NCBI GenBank assembly: GCA_965219535.1
Contig: CBDCNV010000001.1
Coordinates: forward strand, 30,001 to 62,000
Length of the DNA stretch: 32,000 nucleotides
Direction of reading: 5' to 3'
From: Opitutales bacterium
GTDB taxonomy: Bacteria > Verrucomicrobiota > Verrucomicrobiia > Opitutales > PNEW01
Shown here: positions 16,670 through 23,124 of the stretch, in pieces
How the letters are laid out: every line of letters starts with the position of its first letter
Numbering within the stretch: position 1 is the stretch's first letter
The notes under the pieces: model-generated
What the model was told of the DNA's origin: nothing
Seen by the model: only the letters and a program-made list of their open reading frames with translations
Databases searched by the model: none
Position numbers and translations under genes: made by a program

Positions 16670-17629
16670 ATGTTTCGCATCTTACTCACGACGACATCGT
16701 ACCAGGATACTCCGGGTGAACATCACCAATTGCTGGAAGACGCTAACTTTGACATTGTGCGTGAACGCGGACCGCTCAGCGAAGAGCAGATTCTGGAATG
16801 TGTCGGTGATATCGATGGCTTCCTCTGCAGCGATGATGCGATCACGCGCGCGGTAATTGATAAATCTCTCCCCCGGCTTAAAGTCATCAGTAAATACGGT
16901 ATCGGTCTCGACAAGATCGATGTAAACTACGCCACAGAGAAAAAAATTCCCGTCCTTTTCACTCCGGGAGTTAACCATACGACGGTAGCAGAACATACAT
17001 TCGGCCTTCTCTTGGGCCTGGAACGTAAAATAGTTACCGAGGCAAATTTTACCCGCGGGGGAGATTGGAAACGACTCACCGGTAACGAAATTATGGGGAA
17101 GACGATAGGCATTGTCGGACTCGGAAGAATTGGTCAGGAAGTAGCCATACGCGCAAAAGCATTCGGTCTGAATGTCATCGCTTATGGTAATTACTGGGAT
17201 GAAAGCTTTGCCAGTGATTTTAAAATTGAGCGTTGTGAATCATTAAAAGACCTTATTAAAAACGCGGATATAATAAGTCTTCACACTAAACTGAATGATA
17301 AAACCCGTCACATGATTGATGCGGAGTGCATCGATTTAATGAAGCCGGGTGTGATTATTTTAAATACCGCGCGCGGTGAACTCATCGATACTGCCGCACT
17401 GCTCCAGGCATTAGAAAGTGATCATGTCGGGGGTTATGGCGCCGATGTTCTCGATCAGGAACCACCCCCACCCGATCACCCGCTGTTAACGGCAAAAAAC
17501 TGTATTATCACCCCCCACATCGGTTCGCGCACCTACCAAAGCGTAGAGCGACAGGCCGGTATGGCTACCCGTAATCTCATCAATTTCTTAGAGGGAAAAC
17601 CACCCCTCGCGCAGGCCAATGATTGCTGA
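16670..17629 (+). CDS. D-isomer-specific 2-hydroxyacid dehydrogenase (phosphoglycerate/glyoxylate-reductase-like)
   Basis: GIVGLGRIGQEVA, TARGELID, ADVLDQEPPPPDHPLL, TPHIGS. Confidence 0.9.
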   Translation: MFRILLTTTSYQDTPGEHHQLLEDANFDIVRERGPLSEEQILECVGDIDGFLCSDDAITRAVIDKSLPRLKVISKYGIGLDKIDVNYATEKKIPVLFTPGVNHTTVAEHTFGLLLGLERKIVTEANFTRGGDWKRLTGNEIMGKTIGIVGLGRIGQEVAIRAKAFGLNVIAYGNYWDESFASDFKIERCESLKDLIKNADIISLHTKLNDKTRHMIDAECIDLMKPGVIILNTARGELIDTAALLQALESDHVGGYGADVLDQEPPPPDHPLLTAKNCIITPHIGSRTYQSVERQAGMATRNLINFLEGKPPLAQANDC

Positions 17630-17639
17630 TTTGGGAATG

Positions 17640-17660
17640 CGGATTGCGGATTGAAATCAA
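17640..17660 (-). repeat. Heptad array, CGGATTG x2 plus AAATCAA
   Basis: CGGATTG CGGATTG AAATCAA, 11 bp after the stop at 17629. Confidence 0.75.
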
Positions 17661-17661
17661 T

Positions 17662-17769
17662 TTGTCATTGCGAGGAGCAACGTGACGAAGCAATCCAGGG
17701 GGATACCGGACACGCATTGACAGCTCCCTGGATCACCGCAGTCGGCTTCGCCTCCTTCGCGATGACAAT
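17662..17769. repeat. Repeat R2, full ~108-bp imperfect palindrome (alpha arm plus beta arm)
   Basis: TTGTCATTGCGAGGAGCAACGTGACGAAGCAATCCAGGGGGA...GCTCCCTGGATCACCGCAGTCGGCTTCGCCTCCTTCGCGATGACAAT. Confidence 0.9.
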
Positions 17770-17796
17770 TTAGATTATATCACGGACGCGATCAAC

Positions 17797-17837
17797 CGTC
17801 GCCCGTTGGGCTATGGCCGACAGGCAGCCCGCTCCAC
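17797..17837 (-). repeat. Repeat R8 (reverse orientation) fused to a partial R3 arm
   Basis: The reverse complement of 17797..17824, CCTGTCGGCCATAGCCCAACGGGCGACG, matches 21235..21260. GACAGGCAGCCCGCTCCAC resembles the R3 right arm. Confidence 0.65.
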
Positions 17838-17869
17838 TTATGAGCAAAGTAATTTAATTCACTCTTTTC

Positions 17870-17901
17870 ATCTTGTGTTTTTTGTGCTTTTTGTGGCTAT
17901 C
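17870..17901 (+). repeat. Repeat R4 32-mer
   Basis: ATCTTGTGTTTTTTGTGCTTTTTGTGGCTATC, 18 bp upstream of ATG 17919. Confidence 0.9.
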
Positions 17902-17918
17902 TAATTCGACAATCGCTC
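17902..17918 (+). repeat. Heptad array, CAATCG orientation, abutting a start codon
   Basis: TAATTCGACAATCGCTC, then ATG. Confidence 0.7.
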
Positions 17919-19010
17919 ATGCTTGAAAAATTTTACGCCGTTCCGGAAAGCACACATAACACACTGGTAGAGGCCGCTTATCTCAAGCGTGGTTACACCA
18001 GGGACGAGGTAATACACGCCGTCCGTGTTGCGGCCAATGCATCACGCCATGGTATTCGCACTCACAATGCGATTAAGGCATTACATCTCGATCTCCACTA
18101 CGGAAGCGGGGCAGGCGGATGCCTGCCAGGCGCAGTTATTGAAAAAAAGCCCTCGCGTTTTGCTGCGGCAGAAATTTGGAACTGCAATCAAAAACTGGGG
18201 CAAGCCGTTGCTTCTGAAGCGATGGAAAAATGTATCGAAATGGCGGAAAAATACGGTGTGGGGTTAATCAGCGTCGATAACGCTTTTCATTATCTGTGGG
18301 GCGGCGGTTATGTCATGGAAGCCGCGAAAAAAGGTTATATCGCTTATACAAATTGTACCGCCGCTTTAGCTGAGGTCGTTCCTTTCAAAGGTGTGACCGC
18401 TACCCTCGGAACTAATCCACATAGTTGGGGATTCCCCACCACCGAGGTGATTGGTTTTCCCCTCGTTATCGATTGGGCAACCTCGGTCATATCCACCGGT
18501 AAAGTGCAGCAACTCAGTCGTGAGGGGTTGCCCCTTCCTCCCAATGCTGCGGTCGATAGTGATGGCAACGTTACCACTGACCCGTCGCAAGTCGCGGCCA
18601 TGCTTCCCTTCGGGGAGCACAAGGGTTATGCATTGTGCCTCATGGATGAGCTCATCGCTGCTTTAATCGGAGGGAGCCTCCCCACACTGCGCGGTCGATG
18701 GACCGATGATGACGAAAAACATACTCCCTGCTTTTTCTTTCAAGTTATTCACCCCGATGCGCTCAACGCCGGTGCCTTTGCCCGGGGTCGGACGCAAACA
18801 GAAAATGTAAAAGCCGTCTTTGACGACATATTCGGTCACGGCAATGAAGACTGTATGTTCCCCGGTCAACTCGAGGCCGAAGCGGCTCAGCGGTCGGAGA
18901 AGCACGGCGGCCTTCTCTTTAGTGAAAATGAGATCCAGGCTTTTAATGAAATTGCTAACGAATGCGATCAGCCACCCTGGAAGATTGATAATTTTAAAGT
19001 GGCTGAATAA
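17919..19010 (+). CDS. Ldh_2-family (malate/L-lactate/sulfolactate/diketogulonate-type) NAD(P)H-dependent dehydrogenase
   Basis: GTNPHSWGFP and FGEHKGYALCLMDELIAALIGG, typical of the Ldh_2 family. The substrate cannot be assigned from sequence alone. Confidence 0.85.
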   Translation: MLEKFYAVPESTHNTLVEAAYLKRGYTRDEVIHAVRVAANASRHGIRTHNAIKALHLDLHYGSGAGGCLPGAVIEKKPSRFAAAEIWNCNQKLGQAVASEAMEKCIEMAEKYGVGLISVDNAFHYLWGGGYVMEAAKKGYIAYTNCTAALAEVVPFKGVTATLGTNPHSWGFPTTEVIGFPLVIDWATSVISTGKVQQLSREGLPLPPNAAVDSDGNVTTDPSQVAAMLPFGEHKGYALCLMDELIAALIGGSLPTLRGRWTDDDEKHTPCFFFQVIHPDALNAGAFARGRTQTENVKAVFDDIFGHGNEDCMFPGQLEAEAAQRSEKHGGLLFSENEIQAFNEIANECDQPPWKIDNFKVAE

Positions 19011-19035
19011 ACATTTATTGTAGATATATAAAATT

Positions 19036-20121
19036 ATGGCCATTCAAACACTCGACTCCTCACAAACAAAATATGATCTACTCTCCCTCGGCGAGTGCAT
19101 GATCCGCCTGTCGCCCGGTGGTCACGGACGCCTTGAATATGCTCAAAATCTGGAGGTATGGGCTGGCGGCGGTGAATATAATGTTGCCTATGCTGTTACG
19201 CGCCTGGGACTGCGAGGAGGATTTGTCAGTAAGTTGCCCGACAACCCTGTAGCCAGAATCTTAATTAACCACGCACGCGCGGTGGGCTTGGATACTTCCA
19301 ACATCATCATGGAAGAATACGACGGTATCGGACGCGCAGGTCGCGTCGGTCTTAATTTTACCGAAGTAGGCACAGGAGTGCGGGCTTCAGTGACGATGTA
19401 TGACCGTGGACAAAGCGCGATATCCCTCGCCGATGCATTAGAATTTGATTATAAAGATATCTTCGAAAAACAGAAAACGCGTTGGTTACATACGGGTGGC
19501 ATAATGAGCGCGCTCAGTCCCCAGTGCGCGAAAATAGTCAATGAAGCGGCGGCGGCGGCACACGCAAACGGCACCATAGTCAGTTACGACCTCAATTTCC
19601 GCTCAAAGTTATGGAGTTCTGAAGATGCCATCGCCGCGAACACAAAAATCGCGCCCCATGTAGATGTCCTCATCGGTAATGAAGAGGATTTTCAAAAAGC
19701 GCTGGGATTTGAAGTCGAAGGCGTGGATGAAGATTTAAAGGAACTCCCGATTGAAAGTTTTAAAAGGATGGTAGAACGGGTCGTCGAAACCTACCCTAAT
19801 ATCAAAGTCGTCTGCACAACACTGCGCGAAGTTAAAAGTGGCCTGATCAATAATTGGAGCGGTATTCTCTGGCACGAAGGCAGTTTTTATGAATCGAACC
19901 GATTCGAAGATCTTGAAATTGAGGACCGAGTCGGAGGAGGTGACGGATTTTCCAGCGGTGTCGCTTATGGATTTCTCAATAATATGGACCCGCAGGAAAT
20001 CGCGAACTTCAGCGCCGCCCACGGTGCACTCTTGCAATCCACCGGTGGAGATACTTCACAAATTACCCTCGAAGAAGTCGAACACGTCGCCCAAGGCGGC
20101 AGCGCCCGGATCAAAAGATAA
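19036..20121 (+). CDS. PfkB-family sugar(-acid) kinase, 2-dehydro-3-deoxygluconokinase-like
   Basis: GECMIRLSP, GGGEYNVAYAVTRLG, PfkB signature DRVGGGDGFSSG. Lies 25 bp after the Ldh_2 gene, so they probably form an operon. Confidence 0.85.
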   Translation: MAIQTLDSSQTKYDLLSLGECMIRLSPGGHGRLEYAQNLEVWAGGGEYNVAYAVTRLGLRGGFVSKLPDNPVARILINHARAVGLDTSNIIMEEYDGIGRAGRVGLNFTEVGTGVRASVTMYDRGQSAISLADALEFDYKDIFEKQKTRWLHTGGIMSALSPQCAKIVNEAAAAAHANGTIVSYDLNFRSKLWSSEDAIAANTKIAPHVDVLIGNEEDFQKALGFEVEGVDEDLKELPIESFKRMVERVVETYPNIKVVCTTLREVKSGLINNWSGILWHEGSFYESNRFEDLEIEDRVGGGDGFSSGVAYGFLNNMDPQEIANFSAAHGALLQSTGGDTSQITLEEVEHVAQGGSARIKR

Positions 20122-20138
20122 ATCGATTGCCAAATTGG
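20122..20138 (-). repeat. Heptad block, CGATTG orientation, directly after the stop
   Basis: ATCGATTGCCAAATTGG. Confidence 0.65.
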
Positions 20139-20170
20139 GATAGCCACAAAAGGCACAAAAAACACAAGAT
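20139..20170 (-). repeat. Repeat R4 32-mer, inverted orientation (the only inverted copy in the window)
   Basis: GATAGCCACAAAAGGCACAAAAAACACAAGAT is the reverse complement of ATCTTGTGTTTTTTGTGCCTTTTGTGGCTATC. It has 1 mismatch to 17870..17901. Confidence 0.9.
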
Positions 20171-20182
20171 AGATTTAGAGAA

Positions 20183-20206
20183 TGGAGGGCCACGCTCCGT
20201 CGTGGC
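20183..20206 (+). repeat. Repeat R5 copy
   Basis: TGGAGGGCCACGCTCCGTCGTGGC, identical to 5865..5888. Ends 46 bp upstream of ATG 20252. Confidence 0.85.
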
Positions 20207-20223
20207 TGATTAAGCTTTTAATA

Positions 20224-20247
20224 ACCGCTAGGTCCAATCAACAATTG
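20224..20247 (+). repeat. Inverted R9 plus weak CAATC block
   Basis: ACCGCTAGGTCCAATCAACAATTG. ACCGCTAGGTCCAATC is the reverse complement of GATTGGACCTAGCGGT, which compares with GATTGAACCTAGCGG at 9729 and 22339. Confidence 0.6.
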
Positions 20248-20251
20248 AAAC

Positions 20252-21031
20252 ATGGCATATTTAAACAAACTTTTTGGGCTTGAGGGTAAAACTGCGGTCA
20301 TTGTCGGGGGGACGGGTGTGCTCTGCGGGGCGATGGCTGAGGGGTTGGCTGGGGCCGGTGCCGAAGTGGTGCTCGTCGGACGTGACGAAGATAAAGCTAA
20401 TACGCGTCTCAGCGCCATTCATGAATACCAGGAGAAAGCCTACTTTGAACGCGCTGACGTGACACATAAAGAGGAAATCGAAGATTTGCTCACACGTGTA
20501 ATTAAGAAATCGGGGAAAGCGGACATTCTCGTAAATGGGGCAGGAACGACTGCACCCACTCCTATTGTAGATATTAAAGAAGATGAGCTGGATAATATTC
20601 TCAACATTAACTTGAAATCGATTTTTTTCGCGAGCCAGGTATTTGGAAGCTACATGATCGAAAATAATATTAAAGGGAGCATGATTAATATCGGCTCGAT
20701 GTCAGGACTCGTACCCCTTTCACGCGTTTTTGCCTACTCAGCAACTAAAGCTGCCGTCCATAATATATCAAAAAATCTCGCCCGCGAATGGGCTGCACAG
20801 AACATCCGCGTAAATACAATCGTCCCTGGATTCTTTCCCACCGATTTAAACCGTAAATACCTCGTCGGCGAACGGCTCGAAAATATAATGCGGCACACAC
20901 CCATGAATCGGTTTGGCGATGCCAGTGAACTTATTGGCGCAACCTTACTTCTTGCCAGCAATCAAGCGGGGTCATTCATCACCGGCAGCGAAATTGTCGT
21001 CGACGGCGGGTTTTCCTCAATGACGATTTGA
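20252..21031 (+). CDS. SDR-family oxidoreductase (KduD/gluconate-5-dehydrogenase-like)
   Basis: GGTGVLCG glycine-rich loop, NGAG, YSATK (YxxxK), PGFFPT. Confidence 0.85.
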   Translation: MAYLNKLFGLEGKTAVIVGGTGVLCGAMAEGLAGAGAEVVLVGRDEDKANTRLSAIHEYQEKAYFERADVTHKEEIEDLLTRVIKKSGKADILVNGAGTTAPTPIVDIKEDELDNILNINLKSIFFASQVFGSYMIENNIKGSMINIGSMSGLVPLSRVFAYSATKAAVHNISKNLAREWAAQNIRVNTIVPGFFPTDLNRKYLVGERLENIMRHTPMNRFGDASELIGATLLLASNQAGSFITGSEIVVDGGFSSMTI

Positions 21032-21035
21032 CAAT

Positions 21036-21054
21036 TTTCGATTGTCGATTTGGT
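21036..21054 (-). repeat. Heptad array, CGATTG orientation, after the stop
   Basis: TTTTCGATTGTCGATTTGG. Confidence 0.75.
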
Positions 21055-21101
21055 GTTAAAATTTATGTGATTAAGTATTATTTATATGATTAAGGCGTTT
21101 G

Positions 21102-21180
21102 GGTGGAACGGGCTGTCCCTAGCACGTTTTATCTATTATTAAAGTTAAATAAAAAGCGTGCTGGGACAGCCCGCTCCACC
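21102..21180. repeat. Repeat R3 inverted pair
   Basis: GGTGGAACGGGCTGTCCCTAGCACG - AT-rich loop - GCGTGCTGGGACAGCCCGCTCCACC. Confidence 0.9.
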
Positions 21181-21212
21181 TATGATTAATATAATATATT
21201 TCGCTATTCACT

Positions 21213-21272
21213 CTTATGTTTTATGTGCCTCTTACCTGCCGGCCATAGCCTTGGCGACGGCTGGTGGCTATC
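21213..21272 (+). repeat. Repeat R4 interrupted by R8 (21235..21260)
   Basis: CTTATGTTTTATGTGCCTCTTA | CCTGCCGGCCATAGCCTTGGCGACGG | CTGGTGGCTATC. The R4 head and tail are separated by a nested unit. Confidence 0.7.
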
Positions 21273-21276
21273 CCTT

Positions 21277-21320
21277 CACTCGCAAATCGCAAATCGACAA
21301 TCGGCAATCGCAAATCGAAT
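21277..21320 (+). repeat. Heptad array, CAATCG orientation (longest copy), abutting a start codon
   Basis: CACTCG CAAATCG CAAATCGA CAATCGG CAATCG CAAATCG AAT, then ATG 21321. Confidence 0.9.
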
Positions 21321-22307
21321 ATGTCTTCCTTAGCCATTCGCTATCATCAGTACGGTAATCCCGCAGAGTGTCTGGTTGCGGAGGAAGTATCGCTGCCCGA
21401 AGTGGGGCCGGACCAAGTGCTCATTAATCTGTTGGCAGCGTCAATCAACCCATCGGATTTCGGTATGATAATGGGTAGCTACGGCCGAAAGAAGGAACTT
21501 CCCGCTGTAGCCGGTCGTGAAGGCGTCGGTGAAATCATGGAGGTCGGAAAAAATGTGAATCACCTAAAACCCGGCCATTGGGTGCAATTCCCTGATGCTC
21601 TCGGCACCTGGCAGGAAACCTGTATAGCCGATGCTGTGGGTTTGAAAGTTTTACCCGAAGGTCTTCCTCTCGAAATGGCGGCAACGTTATTTATCAATCC
21701 GCCGACCGCATGGCGGTTACTACACGGTTTTGTCGAATTAAAAAGTGGCGATTGGATAATTCAAAACGCAGCTAACTCCGCGGTGGGCATCTTTGTCATT
21801 CAGCTCGCGAAAAAATTAGGGGTTAAAACGCTGAACATCGTGCGCCGAAAAGAGCTTGAGAGTGAACTCAAAGAGCAGGGGGCTGATGAAGTATTTACCG
21901 AAGAGGATGATTACTGGAAATTGATAAAAGATATTACCGACGGGAAAGGAATTAAGCTCGCGCTGAATTCTGTCGGCGGTGAAAGCGCGATCAATCTTCT
22001 TAAAGCACTGTCTCCGGGTGGAACACATGTCACTTTTGGCGCGATGAGTTTTGACTCCATTCGTTTTCCTACGCGCCAGTTAATTTTCGATGAAATAAAA
22101 CTCACCGGTTTCTGGGTGGACGGCTGGCTGCGCTCCCATTCCAAGGAGGAAGTCGACTTCATGTTCGAGGAGATCTATGCCCTCATCAAAGAGGAAACGT
22201 TTTCCACAATCGTAGAAAAATGGTATTCCTTATCCGCGTTCAAAGAGGCCCTCGAACACGCAGCAAAGCCCCGCTTCGGAAAAATTCTTTTCCACGGAAA
22301 AGCATGA
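21321..22307 (+). CDS. MDR-superfamily NAD(P)H-dependent reductase (quinone oxidoreductase / 2-enoyl thioester reductase-like)
   Basis: AGREGVGEIMEVG, NAANSAVGIFVIQLAKKLG. Start moved to ATG 21321 because the 21264 extension (..NRKSTIGNRKS..) only translates the heptad array. Confidence 0.85.
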   Translation: MSSLAIRYHQYGNPAECLVAEEVSLPEVGPDQVLINLLAASINPSDFGMIMGSYGRKKELPAVAGREGVGEIMEVGKNVNHLKPGHWVQFPDALGTWQETCIADAVGLKVLPEGLPLEMAATLFINPPTAWRLLHGFVELKSGDWIIQNAANSAVGIFVIQLAKKLGVKTLNIVRRKELESELKEQGADEVFTEEDDYWKLIKDITDGKGIKLALNSVGGESAINLLKALSPGGTHVTFGAMSFDSIRFPTRQLIFDEIKLTGFWVDGWLRSHSKEEVDFMFEEIYALIKEETFSTIVEKWYSLSAFKEALEHAAKPRFGKILFHGKA

Positions 22308-22353
22308 TTCAATTGTCGATTTGCGATTGTCGATATCCGATTGAACCTAGCGG
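22308..22353 (-). repeat. Heptad array, CGATTG orientation, plus R9
   Basis: TTCAATTG TCGATTTG CGATTGT CGATATC CGATTG AACCTAGCGG, directly after the stop. Confidence 0.85.
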
Positions 22354-22390
22354 TCACCCAAAATTATTCCCTTATTTAGTAATTCTCCTC

Positions 22391-22495
22391 TTGTCACCGC
22401 GAGGTTGCTTGTCAGCCGTGGCGATCCAGGGGCCTGCCAATACGTGACCGTTATCCCCCTGGATTGCTTCGTCGCGTTGCTCCTCGCAATGACAT
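22391..22495. repeat. Repeat R2, full ~105-bp imperfect palindrome
   Basis: TTGTCACCGCGAGGTTGCTTGTCAGCCGTGGCGATCCAGGGGCC...TCCCCCTGGATTGCTTCGTCGCGTTGCTCCTCGCAATGACAT. The right arm is identical to that of 16537..16646. Confidence 0.9.
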
Positions 22496-22505
22496 AATGA
22501 AATTA

Positions 22506-22613
22506 TTCTTTGTGTTTCTTGTGTGTTCGGAAGATATCGTCCAGCAACAGTGGGGCTCGGAAGTGCCTTTGGAAGATGTCGCCCCACAGCTGTAGGGCTC
22601 GGTAGTGGCTATC
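22506..22613 (+). repeat. R4-like head followed by two tandem R6 units, ending in GTGGCTATC
   Basis: TTCTTTGTGTTTCTTGTGTG, then GGAAGATATCGTCCAGCAACAGTGGGGCTCGGAAGTG and GGAAGATGTCGCCCCACAGCTGTAGGGCTCGGTAGTGGCTATC. Confidence 0.75.
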
Positions 22614-22679
22614 TCAAATCAATAATTGACGGAATAAAGAGATTTTGTCTATATCCACGCATTTCCAGTCGGAATTCAA

Positions 22680-22755
<76 letters not shown>

Positions 22756-23124
22756 TTGATAATCAATTAGTTATGGAAGTATGACAAATATCAATTATAT
22801 TAACTGATCTATTAATGATCTATTTTTAACTCGCAGTTCTTAACACATCTAATGTGCCAGGCGCATTGGAATACTATTAGGATCCCTCCCGAATAATCTC
22901 AATTGGTGATTTTTAGGAGAGAGGGGTCTTTTTCGCCCTCTTAACCTTTAGATTTATGATATAAGCCCCATACGAAGTCTCGGAAAATGATTAGAGCGAT
23001 CGATCAATTAATCGATAATTATTGCGATTTTCCGCTTGGTTTTATCAGCTTATGATATATAATATACTGATAATTAATGATTTATCATATAGATATCGAG
23101 AGTCTAGTTTTCGCCGTGGTCAGG

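Noticed and set aside
16614-16856. ORF 16614..16856(+)
   Set aside because: It starts inside the R2 right arm (MLRRVAPRNDN) and runs out of frame over the real 2-hydroxyacid dehydrogenase gene.
21158-21320. ORF 21158..21358(+) and the 21264..21320 extension of the MDR reductase ORF
   Set aside because: They are translations of the R3/R4/R8 repeats and the heptad array (..NRKSTIGNRKS..). The conserved MDR N-terminus begins at ATG 21321.
22756-23116. Integrase gene or a direct repeat of the tRNA-Phe 3' end marking an intact integrative element
   Set aside because: I found no tyrosine or serine recombinase ORF in any frame, and no copy of TTCGATTCTGGGTCTCGCCACCA downstream in the window. I therefore describe the region only as a degraded island.
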